Virus record (IMG/VR): IMGVR_UViG_3300009034_000001
Span: 1-64,000 of that record
Length of the DNA stretch: 64,000 nucleotides
Direction: 5' to 3' (one strand)
Shown here piece by piece: positions 41,745 through 51,919 of this stretch. The stretch's first letter is position 1; the number at the start of each line of letters is the position of its first letter. The translations under genes were made by a program, and so were the position numbers. The notes below the pieces were generated by a model. That model did not search any database. It saw only the letters and a list, made by a program, of their open reading frames with translations, and was not told where the DNA came from.

Positions 41745-44700
41745 TTAAATCATTCTACGTACTAACTTCTTTCCAATATTGTTAGCAACGATTTCACCGT
41801 ATTTTTTTGATCCGAAATATTGATCAAGTTGTTGTTCATCAAAAATATTCACAACAGTTAACTTTGGAGGTTCAACTCCTCTACCTGGCACTATCCCACC
41901 TTCTTGGAAGAATTGGCCTAATGGCGATAGCTGCGTTGATACAGATTGTAGATTTGATACATAACCACCAAGTTGTCTTGAGATGAATTCAGATACAGGC
42001 ATTAAGCCCTGATTAAGGGAACTTAGAAACGCTAAGCCATACTTTCTTACCGCCCGAGACTGTAATACATACTCGCCTTCATGTAATATTGCAGGTACTT
42101 CGCCACCTCTTTGGAAACCTTTTGCACCTGTGAGGCCTTTAAATAATCCCCCAAAGACACCGCCAACCAAATTCTGAAGTAACTGAAGTATGGATCCTAA
42201 GCCTCCGCCCGCGGTTCCACCAAGTGTACCTAAAATGTTGCCAAAGAAACCTTTTTGTGCACCTTTTGGTTCGCCAATAATGCCCTTAAACAATGAACCA
42301 AACAACGTTTCCATGCCACGTAATGGGAACCCAAGCCCCTTACCAAACAAGCCTGCTCCACCACCTAACAAAGTTGGCAAGAGCGACACAAGTCCACCAA
42401 GTTGAAACCTTGATACATATCCACCTTTAGCGCCTCCAAATAAGCCTTTTAACCCACCAGCTATTTGTTCAAATCCACCTTTCATGAAGCTACCTAACTG
42501 CTGTATTCCGCCAAATGCTTTTGTTATAAGTCCATATAAGAAATTAAATGGTCCCATCATTGACGACCATTGTTTCTGTCTCAACCCAAGTGTTGCAGCC
42601 TCTTTAAATTCTTCGGGTGCCTTCTGCCATACCGGAGGAGCTTGTTCACCTCCAGAGGTAGTTCCCGTTCCAAACATGCCGCCAACACCTTTAAGTAATC
42701 CCATTGCTGGTCCAACAAATTTCAAAGCGGTCAATACGCCGCCTATCCAGAAACTAGGAGAGCCAATTGTCTTGAAAAGATGTACTAACTGTGACGAGCC
42801 TGTTTTTGCAATTAAGCCGCCGTGTTCAAGTCCACCAATTGCTTGTAAGAAGGCTGTAGGCGCACCACCAAGGCCGCCACCACCTTTTCCGCCGCCTAAC
42901 ATTGCACCGAGTCCCCAACCTTTTAAACCGCCTCCAAGTTTTCCAGCCCAATCTAATAACTTACCCCACCACATAGGTGTAAAACCTTTCTTTGCAAACA
43001 ACACTCCACCAAGTTTTTCTAATAAACCTTCTGGACCAAGTGCACCTCCCGCGAAGAGTGGCAAAAGTGCGCCCAATACGGGTCCACCAAGTTGATACTT
43101 TCTGACTGAACCGCCTACTTGATGCCGTAATGGAACCAAGCCCGAATTTAGCGAATCAAAGAACGACTTACCATACTTACTAACGGCCTGTTTCTTCATA
43201 ACAAATTCGCCTGCATGTACAATTGCTGGTACCGCACCACCTTTTTGGAAACCAAATAAACCTTTGACCGCACCAAACAATCCCCCTAATTTGCCTAATC
43301 CGCCTAATATTTTACCGCCCAACCATTGTGAAGACAGCCAAGTTTCCCGACCTAACCATTTGAACCCGCCGGTAATTTCACCGGGTATTCTTTGTAAAAA
43401 ACCTAACGTTCTTGACCAAAGTCCAGGTCCCGCAGCCCCAACGGGTGCCACACCAGGAGCCACACCAGGAGCCACACCAGGAACACCGGTCACAACACCA
43501 GAGACGCCGGGACGGTACCCAGCAGCAGCAAGCTTCTTTGCAATATTAAGTTTAATATAATCAAGAGTTAGGCCTTGAACTTGCTTCCTTTCCTCTTTCA
43601 CCGTTGCAACAGTATCTTTCATGAAGTCAAGACCCAGGGCTTCTAATGCCTTTGTAACAGCCCAACGCGTTGCAATGGTAACCAATGCCTTTACAAATTC
43701 AAATTTGAAGCGTTTTATAATATCACGCCATCTTAATTCAAAGTTTTCACCATACACGATCCACCTAGCAACCGCATCTCCTACTTCTGAGGTTAGATCA
43801 TTCCACACTTGTGATATCAGTTCACCAGCTTTAACTGCAAAGTCTTGAACTGCTGCCCAAGCGCCACGGGAATAATCAACCATCCAATCAGATGACGTCT
43901 TGACTTTCGCCATTAAGATATCCCAGAAACTGTGCTGTGACTTCATGCCCGCTTCAGCTTCTTTAACAATGTTTTCCCACATTTCCTTCTGGACTGAAAC
44001 AACCGCTTCAGAGTAAGCACGATGATATTGTTGCGACGTTCTACTAAGTTTCAGTTCGTGAACCAAATAGTCATCAATTTGTTTCATCCGAGCTTGGAAA
44101 TACTCTTTGTTATACTTTCCACTTAACCTTAATCTTTCAACTTCCTCTTCAAGCATCTTCTTCCAAGATTCTCGTAATCTTACATAAACGGCTTCGCCTA
44201 ATTTCACAAGTCCTTCTACTTCTTCCGCGTGTTCTCTTACTTTTTCATTAGTACTTGCAAGATCTGCTTGATGTGCCCTCAGCCAAACGCCCGCTGCTTC
44301 TAACGAGCCCATTAAATCGTCCTCAGAACCTACAAATCCAATATTTGCTTCCGTCAATGCAGCAACAACTTTCCTTGCGCGTTCTTGAGCGTTTCCATAA
44401 ACTAAAGTTGCTTCGCCAACGTCCACCAACCTTTTATCAACTTCCAGCAATGTTTCCTCGAGCGCAAACTGTTTCTCCAACCACTCTAATGTAGACAGAC
44501 CCGTGTCTTTTAAAGTCTTGTTATAGTTCCGTGTTTCTGTTGTCACGATTACAAGTCGGTTGATTAATTCTGTAAGTACCTTTTGCTGGGCTTCTGTAAG
44601 TTTGTTCCAATCGATATGAGTTTGAATTAACTCTTTTATTCTTTCCGGCGTGGTTTTAATGGAAATGTTTAAATCATCAATTATCGTCCTCAACGTTGAG

Positions 44701-47700
44701 TCTGACTTCCTCATTTTGTCTATCCATTCAGTTGCATGCTCCTGCGCTGCAACTAAATCCTTAAGTTTATCATCTTCGTCCTTAAGGGCTTTAACCACTT
44801 CAATTTTCCAGTCAACCAATTCCATATGTTTCGAAATCAATTCATCTAAACCTTTTATATTCTTATCCTGAGAAGCAGTGTAGTTGTCCAAACTGCTACT
44901 TAATAAATCGATCCAGAATAGCAGTTTTGCAGCAACTTCACCGCCTGTTTCCCTTGCCACATTGAGTTTGTCTTGTAACTGAACTTGAGTCATACTTTTT
45001 ACTTCAAGTTCTGGATATAACTGATGAACTACAAATCGAAGTACTCTCAAATACCCTTCCAATGCAGACTTTTGTCTCTTCTTAGCTTCAACATCCTTAT
45101 CTCCAGCTGCCAAAAGTTTGTCAAAGAACGACGCTTCCTTATCTTGAATGGCTATCACGGCCTTTGACAGGTTAATTCTTTTGGTATTTGCATCGGTAAA
45201 GGCTTTCACATCTGCGTCGGTTGCTGCAACTTTTTCATCAATCAACTCGGTATACAAATCGGTGGATCTCTGTTCCCAATAGTCACGAGCCTTAATCATT
45301 TCTTCTAACGTGGCCGTTCCCATTGCATATCTTAATTCAAACCTTTCCATATCAGACAACAGACCTTCAAATGTGTCCCCCGTTCTCTTTGCCATCTTTT
45401 CGGCTGCGTCGCCAACATCTCCCGTCCCAGTTTTCACTATATTTTTAATCCGTGACCAAGAGTCCTTATGAATTGCATGAATGTCAACCAATGTATCAGC
45501 AACGCTATCGGCAAATTCCTCATATCGTTTTGCGGTCTCCTTATGAGCTTCGCCAATTATTGGAAGCAAACCAATCAACTCGTGATACATTTGCATAAGT
45601 TTTGCCATTCCCCACGAAACCAAAGCAATAGCGCCAGCAAACGCGGTCAAAGCAATGATTGTTGCTTCAATAGCAACGTTTAAAACCCCGACTAATACAA
45701 GACCCGCAGTTCCAAAGGCCCGTGAAAGTAAACTTACAAGGTTTGCGTGTTCTTTTAGCCAATTGTTGACAACAGCCAAAACACGTGAAAATACATTAAA
45801 ACGTTGTTCCAACTTGGATACTGCTTCTACAAGGAGGTAAATTAAAATTAGAGGCCAAACTCGTTGTAGGACGAGAAATGCAGTACGTAACGCTCTGGTA
45901 GCACCAGCTAAGGTAAACAACGACCCGGCAGCCATAACAGCAGACACAGCCATTCGACCTAGCCACATTCCAAAGCCCTTAAGCGCGGCGATTGTAGTTG
46001 CCAATATTGCACGCAATATAACCAATGACTCAACAACTAAAACTTTCAAAAACCGTCCAAGTATAACAACAGCTCCGCCAGTGCCTCGAGCCGTCTTTCC
46101 AAGTTTGAACAACAAGAGGTACAAAGGAAACGATACTTTCGACACCCACTGCATAGTCCGAGCCAAATACTTGTATACACCAGATAAGTGAGCGGTAGAG
46201 GCCAATGAAAGTACCATGGCCTTGTTTAATGCAGTAAGTAATATTGTAAGACCCTGAATTGAAATCCGGACTGAAATTACCGTTGCGGCCAATACCAATA
46301 ACTTCCCTATCCATGTAAGCGTCAAACCAGTTATAAATACCATAACGCCAGCTAATGCTGTCACCTGTTGACCTAAGAATAATGTCGCCTGTGCTTTTGT
46401 ATATAACAGTTTAATAACAGGTTCTAAACCCCGCTTTATATACTCACCCAGTTGTTTTTGGTAAACGAATGTTAAAACTTGAATTCGCCGTAGCGTACCA
46501 CCATAGGAATCCATAAATTTATTTACTTGTTCAACACGAGGTCCCAACACTTCAAATGTAGAACTAAGTCTTGCCATTGTTAACGCTTGTCGTTGCTGAA
46601 TAGGGTTCATTTCGTCGGTTACTTTTAACAGGCCTTTTGATTCAAGAGCGTCCTTTCTTACTTCAATACCATAACGTCTTGCTGCACGAACGTTACCGGA
46701 AATTGCGGCCTCTAACGATTGTGCTACCTCAGTCACAGAACGACCTTCTGCAGCAAACGATAAAATTCCTTCCACAAATTCCATAACTTGTTCTTCAGCA
46801 ACGCCCATAACGCCCAAGAAGTCAACAATAGGACTAATAGCATGAATTACTGTAGGTGGTAAAATTCCAAATTGAACAGATAACTCATCCACAGCCTTCG
46901 TCCACTGTGCTGTAGTCCAAATAGCTTTTGCGTTAACTGTTCTATAAACCTCAATTGCTGCAACTAATAAATATGCGGATCTTTCCATTTCGACAGAAGC
47001 ATGAACCCACCTGCCCGCAGCCTGGACCAAACCTATTCCAATGGCTTCAATTAATCTACCAACACCAGCAAATAACCGTGCCCAAACAAGTTCAACAAGG
47101 ATTGCAGACGTTGTAACTCTTCTCAGTGCTGGAACCATTCCTCTGTTAAGCGCTTGTGATGCTTGTCCCGTAGCTGCAGTAAATCCTTTCAAACCCGTTG
47201 ACACTTTTGCCGTTGCAGAACCAGCACCTGCCATTGCTCTTCCAACTCTACCGCTAACTCCAGCAAGGTCTTGCATTACGGCAGAACCTGTGATTGTAGC
47301 CCGGCGTAAACCTTTAATGCCAACGCCAAATCTATCTAGTATGCCACCGGCATGGTAGAGGCCACGTGAAAGCATTGAAAAGACGCCAACACCGCCCGAT
47401 ACCGTTCCAAAGAACCTGGCAAAGCCACGTGAAATACTAGCGGTACTGGTCAGTACCAAACCAAAGACTTTTGCAAGTTTTAAACCTGTTTCGCCAAGTG
47501 TGCCCGTTCCCAACATTAAATCGCGAACCATTAGTTTTGCTGTTGCCATGACGGGGGCCAGCTTTGCAACAACAGCTGTATATGTCGCAGTATTCCTAAT
47601 AGCAGATGCAATTCCGACGCCCACACCGGCAAAGGCAATTCCTACGGCTTTAACAATACCTATGGTGTTCATCCAAACAGCATTAAGAGCACTTGAAGAC

Positions 47701-48257
47701 CTCGCGGTAGCTCTGAAAGCTCTACCAACCGAAGCGCCGGCGATTCCAATTTCCATAAAAGCAGGTATCAATCTCCGATATAAAATTTGTGATTGCACTA
47801 CTATCGTACGACCAAGGACGGTAAATGCCTCGCGGAGTTCCGCTGTTTGTTTATATCCTGATCTTACATGACGACCCATGACAACAATAGCTTTAACAAA
47901 ATCGGTGCCAACGACTTTACTGACATCCCTAACAGCTACTCCCATCAGTCCAACTTGAGTCACGAATGTTTTGGTAAGTTTACCTACTTCGGGTGCTAGT
48001 CTTTTTATGGTGGAATGTATATCACGCCAATGTCTAACAACAAGGGCCAAGCCTGCGGCCGCTGTGGTAACCTTTACAATGGTGCCAATATAGCTTTTTG
48101 TAGCTTGTACGGCGCGATCAGTTTCCAATTGTGCTTGTTTAAACGTAGCCTGGATCTTCGGCTGCAACTGGGCACATTGAGTCTCAACTTTCTGCAAACC
48201 TTGACGGATCTGACTAAGATCCCATTCTACAGAAATACTATAAGTTTCTAGTGGAAT
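41745..48257 (-). CDS. Tail tape measure protein (~2170 aa, probable ATT start)
   Basis: Longest ORF; Ala/Gly-rich helical; C-terminal FQxGG and GE(F/Y)V..AV.KYG motifs. The frame is open 20 codons upstream of the annotated TTG, to an ATT preceded by GGAGGTGA. Confidence 0.9.
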   Translation of the reverse strand: MPLETYSISVEWDLSQIRQGLQKVETQCAQLQPKIQATFKQAQLETDRAVQATKSYIGTIVKVTTAAAGLALVVRHWRDIHSTIKRLAPEVGKLTKTFVTQVGLMGVAVRDVSKVVGTDFVKAIVVMGRHVRSGYKQTAELREAFTVLGRTIVVQSQILYRRLIPAFMEIGIAGASVGRAFRATARSSSALNAVWMNTIGIVKAVGIAFAGVGVGIASAIRNTATYTAVVAKLAPVMATAKLMVRDLMLGTGTLGETGLKLAKVFGLVLTSTASISRGFARFFGTVSGGVGVFSMLSRGLYHAGGILDRFGVGIKGLRRATITGSAVMQDLAGVSGRVGRAMAGAGSATAKVSTGLKGFTAATGQASQALNRGMVPALRRVTTSAILVELVWARLFAGVGRLIEAIGIGLVQAAGRWVHASVEMERSAYLLVAAIEVYRTVNAKAIWTTAQWTKAVDELSVQFGILPPTVIHAISPIVDFLGVMGVAEEQVMEFVEGILSFAAEGRSVTEVAQSLEAAISGNVRAARRYGIEVRKDALESKGLLKVTDEMNPIQQRQALTMARLSSTFEVLGPRVEQVNKFMDSYGGTLRRIQVLTFVYQKQLGEYIKRGLEPVIKLLYTKAQATLFLGQQVTALAGVMVFITGLTLTWIGKLLVLAATVISVRISIQGLTILLTALNKAMVLSLASTAHLSGVYKYLARTMQWVSKVSFPLYLLLFKLGKTARGTGGAVVILGRFLKVLVVESLVILRAILATTIAALKGFGMWLGRMAVSAVMAAGSLFTLAGATRALRTAFLVLQRVWPLILIYLLVEAVSKLEQRFNVFSRVLAVVNNWLKEHANLVSLLSRAFGTAGLVLVGVLNVAIEATIIALTAFAGAIALVSWGMAKLMQMYHELIGLLPIIGEAHKETAKRYEEFADSVADTLVDIHAIHKDSWSRIKNIVKTGTGDVGDAAEKMAKRTGDTFEGLLSDMERFELRYAMGTATLEEMIKARDYWEQRSTDLYTELIDEKVAATDADVKAFTDANTKRINLSKAVIAIQDKEASFFDKLLAAGDKDVEAKKRQKSALEGYLRVLRFVVHQLYPELEVKSMTQVQLQDKLNVARETGGEVAAKLLFWIDLLSSSLDNYTASQDKNIKGLDELISKHMELVDWKIEVVKALKDEDDKLKDLVAAQEHATEWIDKMRKSDSTLRTIIDDLNISIKTTPERIKELIQTHIDWNKLTEAQQKVLTELINRLVIVTTETRNYNKTLKDTGLSTLEWLEKQFALEETLLEVDKRLVDVGEATLVYGNAQERARKVVAALTEANIGFVGSEDDLMGSLEAAGVWLRAHQADLASTNEKVREHAEEVEGLVKLGEAVYVRLRESWKKMLEEEVERLRLSGKYNKEYFQARMKQIDDYLVHELKLSRTSQQYHRAYSEAVVSVQKEMWENIVKEAEAGMKSQHSFWDILMAKVKTSSDWMVDYSRGAWAAVQDFAVKAGELISQVWNDLTSEVGDAVARWIVYGENFELRWRDIIKRFKFEFVKALVTIATRWAVTKALEALGLDFMKDTVATVKEERKQVQGLTLDYIKLNIAKKLAAAGYRPGVSGVVTGVPGVAPGVAPGVAPVGAAGPGLWSRTLGFLQRIPGEITGGFKWLGRETWLSSQWLGGKILGGLGKLGGLFGAVKGLFGFQKGGAVPAIVHAGEFVMKKQAVSKYGKSFFDSLNSGLVPLRHQVGGSVRKYQLGGPVLGALLPLFAGGALGPEGLLEKLGGVLFAKKGFTPMWWGKLLDWAGKLGGGLKGWGLGAMLGGGKGGGGLGGAPTAFLQAIGGLEHGGLIAKTGSSQLVHLFKTIGSPSFWIGGVLTALKFVGPAMGLLKGVGGMFGTGTTSGGEQAPPVWQKAPEEFKEAATLGLRQKQWSSMMGPFNFLYGLITKAFGGIQQLGSFMKGGFEQIAGGLKGLFGGAKGGYVSRFQLGGLVSLLPTLLGGGAGLFGKGLGFPLRGMETLFGSLFKGIIGEPKGAQKGFFGNILGTLGGTAGGGLGSILQLLQNLVGGVFGGLFKGLTGAKGFQRGGEVPAILHEGEYVLQSRAVRKYGLAFLSSLNQGLMPVSEFISRQLGGYVSNLQSVSTQLSPLGQFFQEGGIVPGRGVEPPKLTVVNIFDEQQLDQYFGSKKYGEIVANNIGKKLVRRMI

Positions 48258-48258
48258 A

Positions 48259-49545
48259 TTACTTCACCTCCGTGGTTACACGAGTATAACAAATTGGTCT
48301 ACGGACCGATTGTGTCGTCACCCCGGCTTTAAGTGCTTGTATTACTCCCGCAGCTTCTATGTAAGTATTCACTACAAAGAGTTTACCATCTTTAAATGGC
48401 AGATCTTCTAAAGTATTCTTCATTAAATTCTTATTCTCTTTAACAGCAATCACCGGAATACCTTGTTCAAGACAAGCCAATGTTGGTAGTCCAACGCATC
48501 CATAAGGAATAACTAAACATGAAATATCCTCTACACTGAGACCAAATTTGTGATTCACTATCCTTGGACTCCGGTATAAACCTCTTAGTATACAATGTAA
48601 ATAAGTAATTGATGACGATTCCGGAGCCTTACGTGGCTCAACAATGCCCACTTCTAATTCCATAACTTCCCTTGATGCCATCATCGGAGCGTGAGCACAC
48701 GGAATTTGATAAACTTCAGCTATACTATGCGTCAGCATCGCTTCAATTCCGCCCCATGGGTTAACCATATCATTTTCGTCATTAAAGTATTCCTTGTGAA
48801 AATGTTCAGGAACTTGAATGAAAGTTGACAAGCCAACAGCATCATATTGAGCTTTATATTTATCTATTATTTTAAATAGTCTTTCCAAATGATTCACGGT
48901 ACCAATAGCCCTCCCTGATTTAGCATATAACGATGCCATTTCCATAATATTTTCCATGTGCACAACATCACAATCTAAACCTAAGGTCACACGCGCTGAA
49001 GAAACGGCATTAACTATCTCATTGTTAAAAAAGTTGTCAGGGTGTTTATCAGCTAGCATAAGAACCCTGTTTGATCTCACTTTCTGTAAACCTAACTGTC
49101 CCATTAACAGCCTAGTAATTATACTCCCTTCAACATATAATCCATTTTCCGGTAACGTGTTAATATCAGAAGCATTTACTACGTTAGGATGTGTAATTAG
49201 TGCATCACACGAACTTGCCATCAACCTCGCAACCGCGTTTCCATCTCCACAATGTCCACCAAGTTCTGCCCCAATACCGGTTGGTATCAAAAGGACGGTT
49301 GTAAACTTGTCCGTATGCTCATATTCACGTTGACGGAAGTTGAAAATTGAACCCAAAGCAAGATCGTAGCCACTACCAGCAGGATCAAGAAAGTCTACTT
49401 CACAGTTATGCCCTGCCGGGAAAGTTTCAGTAATAACAAAACGGATAGGTTGTGCACGAATGGATTCAAGACGCAATGCGTTAACGGACCCATTAAGTTC
49501 CAACTTACCCGTTGGTAAAAAGATTTCCTTCGTATATACCCTCAT
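48259..49545 (-). CDS. DUF3326 family protein
   Basis: IPTGIGAELGGH.GD, LITHPNVVNA, YVEG, GG.EA, P.AHAP, IAV.EN. Confidence 0.8.
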   Translation of the reverse strand: MRVYTKEIFLPTGKLELNGSVNALRLESIRAQPIRFVITETFPAGHNCEVDFLDPAGSGYDLALGSIFNFRQREYEHTDKFTTVLLIPTGIGAELGGHCGDGNAVARLMASSCDALITHPNVVNASDINTLPENGLYVEGSIITRLLMGQLGLQKVRSNRVLMLADKHPDNFFNNEIVNAVSSARVTLGLDCDVVHMENIMEMASLYAKSGRAIGTVNHLERLFKIIDKYKAQYDAVGLSTFIQVPEHFHKEYFNDENDMVNPWGGIEAMLTHSIAEVYQIPCAHAPMMASREVMELEVGIVEPRKAPESSSITYLHCILRGLYRSPRIVNHKFGLSVEDISCLVIPYGCVGLPTLACLEQGIPVIAVKENKNLMKNTLEDLPFKDGKLFVVNTYIEAAGVIQALKAGVTTQSVRRPICYTRVTTEVK

Positions 49546-49913
49546 AGTCTCTCAATTACATGCTTAGAAATCACTTTGCCTCCAAACCATCCAACAGAAA
49601 GTTCTGTGGCAACATCTGCATCAAACACGCCGCATGCAAATATATTCAAATAAACTCTCTTTAAAGTTTCCAGAGTATGAATTGTAACGTTACTAGTTGT
49701 AATAAACTGTACAGCAGTCACACCTCTTAAATGTGGAGGAGAAGTCTTGTACTCCTCCGGTTGACCATGATAATCCCACCAAACCAATTTTTCCCTTACC
49801 ATATTTATTTGGTCACAAAGTGCTTTGAAGTAAGCTTTAATGCACTTCCTGTTAAAGGTTGCTGGATTACAACCGTGTAAATCAAGAATTAACTCCATGC
49901 CGTAAGTTTTCAT
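49542..49913 (-). CDS. speD: Pyruvoyl-dependent S-adenosylmethionine decarboxylase-like proenzyme
   Basis: YG.ELILDL.GC, GVTAVQFITTSN.TIHT, IFACG. Start uncertain (49913-49976). Confidence 0.85.
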   Translation of the reverse strand: MKTYGMELILDLHGCNPATFNRKCIKAYFKALCDQINMVREKLVWWDYHGQPEEYKTSPPHLRGVTAVQFITTSNVTIHTLETLKRVYLNIFACGVFDADVATELSVGWFGGKVISKHVIERL

Positions 49914-49990
49914 CTCGAACCCCCCACTAATTGAGCTCCGTTTCATATCTCCTTCCCAACTGTGCAACAGCAACATTTTACTTCCAACAT

Positions 49991-50028
49991 CAAATAGAGA
50001 GAGGTAATTAAAAACCTCTCTCTATTTG
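49991..50028. terminator. Perfect 15-bp inverted repeat, terminator-like hairpin
   Basis: CAAATAGAGAGAGGT-N8-ACCTCTCTCTATTTG overlapping the stop of the chaperone extension. Confidence 0.6.
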
Positions 50029-50360
50029 TCTTTTTTCTTTGATACGCCAACGGTCTCCATCAAGCCTTTCTTACTAAGTGAATCGAGTGTTCGTTCAACA
50101 TCGTATTGCTTACGTGGTTGAGTACTTGGTACACCTTTCAACTTTTGACCATGTAAGCTTGCTTCAAATTCGCGGTCTAGCCGTAACCTTCTTGTAGCAG
50201 CTTCCATCAGAAACTTTAATTGATCAAGTGGTAAATCAAGTATCTGATCAACCGACCAACCGTAATTATTGGCAAAGAAGTCAACTACTTCTGAGAGGCT
50301 GGTTTCACCGCGATATTGAACTTGGCCTTTATCAACTCGCCATACGTCTTGAAGAAAGGG
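50022..50360 (-). CDS. gpT-like extension reached by a programmed -1 frameshift
   Basis: C CCT TTC heptamer at 50354-50360; the -1 frame is open to 50022 and encodes EVVDFFANNYGWSVDQILDLPLDQL. Confidence 0.8.
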   Translation of the reverse strand, partial: PFLQDVWRVDKGQVQYRGETSLSEVVDFFANNYGWSVDQILDLPLDQLKFLMEAATRRLRLDREFEASLHGQKLKGVPSTQPRKQYDVERTLDSLSKKGLMETVGVSKKKDK

Positions 50361-50752
50361 ACTAGAATTTCAATTAAATCCTCCAGTACCACGTTTTCTT
50401 CAACCCACTTTTCATCCTTATCCAAAATTAAACCACCAATTTCCACAATTGCATCTGGAACCTCAGTTAGAATATCCGGTAGAACGGTAACAACATCTTT
50501 CCAGGTGAAAGCATCAATATTGATGTCTTTAACCTCTTTTAAATCTTTTAACGTCTGTCCAACTTTCTTGATAATCTGAATTTGCTTCTTCAGTCCAGGC
50601 TTCTTAATAGCAATAGTGTCACCGTTGTCAAGTGTAAAGTCGTTCCCGAAGAAAGCCTGTTGTTCAGCCGACTCCTTAGGAGTTGGTTTAGCAGCTACCT
50701 CAGTTTTTACCTCTGGCTTTGGAGTTACTTCCTCCTTTTTCTTTTCGGTCAT
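50285..50752 (-). CDS. Tail assembly chaperone (gpG-like)
   Basis: Lies between tail tube and tape measure; contains a slippery site near its 3' end. Confidence 0.8.
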   Translation of the reverse strand: MTEKKKEEVTPKPEVKTEVAAKPTPKESAEQQAFFGNDFTLDNGDTIAIKKPGLKKQIQIIKKVGQTLKDLKEVKDINIDAFTWKDVVTVLPDILTEVPDAIVEIGGLILDKDEKWVEENVVLEDLIEILVPFFKTYGELIKAKFNIAVKPASQK

Positions 50753-50843
50753 GATAAAACCTCCTCATAGAATTTTGTCCCGCGTGTTTGTTTTAAAAAA
50801 CTGGTCAGAATCATAAATGTCAAATCCCACTTGACATTCCCCC

Positions 50844-51227
50844 TTAATGTTTATCTTTTATCTCACTCTTTTTATAGTACCACACTTCAGTGCCACATAA
50901 ACGACCCCCCGAATAAATAGTCTTTATTTCCACAACCACAATATCTTTCCGGCTTACAAATGCTTGAACTCTTCCGGTAAACTTTTTTGGTATTTCAAGT
51001 AAACCCATGGAAAAAATCTCAAGATGTGGAACGCCTTCAACATGACCGGAAATTTCGTTCTTAGAGGTTGTTAATGTAGTTACAGGTTCAGAACAGGCAA
51101 AAAATAGTATAAGAACTAAACATATCGAAGCGGTTAAAATAATACTTGATTTAAGAGATGATTTAAGAAGGGAAGCGTTAAGGCGGGGAAGTTTGTCTTT
51201 GTTTATGTTAAACCGTTGAAACGTCAT
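50844..51227 (-). CDS. Putative lipoprotein
   Basis: Hydrophobic stretch ending in lipobox-like FFAC. Confidence 0.55.
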   Translation of the reverse strand: MTFQRFNINKDKLPRLNASLLKSSLKSSIILTASICLVLILFFACSEPVTTLTTSKNEISGHVEGVPHLEIFSMGLLEIPKKFTGRVQAFVSRKDIVVVEIKTIYSGGRLCGTEVWYYKKSEIKDKH

Positions 51228-51246
51228 AGCACTTCATTCTTTCCTT

Positions 51247-51858
51247 TTAACTAGGTGTATATCTGGTTATTCTAAAGATGTCTTTCCCACTTGGTAAAGC
51301 TGCACAATCCCAGTTCACAGTTGCAGTTAGCGCTCTAAACACGAATGGGAACTCAGAAAGATCGTCACCAAAGGTAACTGTAAGTTCCGCTGCACCCTGC
51401 GCTCTCCATATCCTAATAGCAATTGTGTGTCCAGCAGGTGTTTCGTGCACAAACAGTACGCCAACTTCATCGATGTCCAATGCGCCACCAAAGTCAAATG
51501 TTTCAGGCGGACCTGAATCTTGTATACCAGAGCCAAGCACGTACTTTAAATTAGTCAGATTCCATTCAATTCCTGTTACGGTTAACTGAACGGATTCCAT
51601 AGTAACGTACTGTTTAACTAGCGTTCTAGGAGAACCTTGAAAGACTTCAAGTCTCTCTCTGGTAATTGCAAATTCAGCACCAGATCTTACTGCACCAACA
51701 TCAAAGAAGTCACCATAAGAGCCACCAGCATCGCCTTTAATAGGTAATGTTGGGGAACCTTCACTTGGGCAAGGTAACTTGTCAGCTGGGCAAAGAAGCA
51801 GTACACCAGGACCGAAACTAAAGTTGTCCGTATCGTATACCGGCATGTTCCAGGGCAT
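51247..51858 (-). CDS. Major tail (tube) protein
   Basis: Synteny, strong RBS, FSFGPG.L, G...G..F, EW...NL, P..F.AL pattern. Confidence 0.8.
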   Translation of the reverse strand: MPWNMPVYDTDNFSFGPGVLLLCPADKLPCPSEGSPTLPIKGDAGGSYGDFFDVGAVRSGAEFAITRERLEVFQGSPRTLVKQYVTMESVQLTVTGIEWNLTNLKYVLGSGIQDSGPPETFDFGGALDIDEVGVLFVHETPAGHTIAIRIWRAQGAAELTVTFGDDLSEFPFVFRALTATVNWDCAALPSGKDIFRITRYTPS

Positions 51859-51919
51859 TCGTTTTCACCTCCTCTTCGTTTATTTTATTCTATTCAATCC
51901 TTAATGCTCACTTGTTCAC

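Noticed and set aside
49914-49945. tRNA-like fragments (AGCTCAATTAG, GGTTCGA)
   Set aside because: Too closely spaced, and no cloverleaf or acceptor stem.
50816-50838. AATGTCAA/TTGACATT inverted repeat as a promoter
   Set aside because: No -10 element at proper spacing on the coding strand; at most a weak hairpin or operator.
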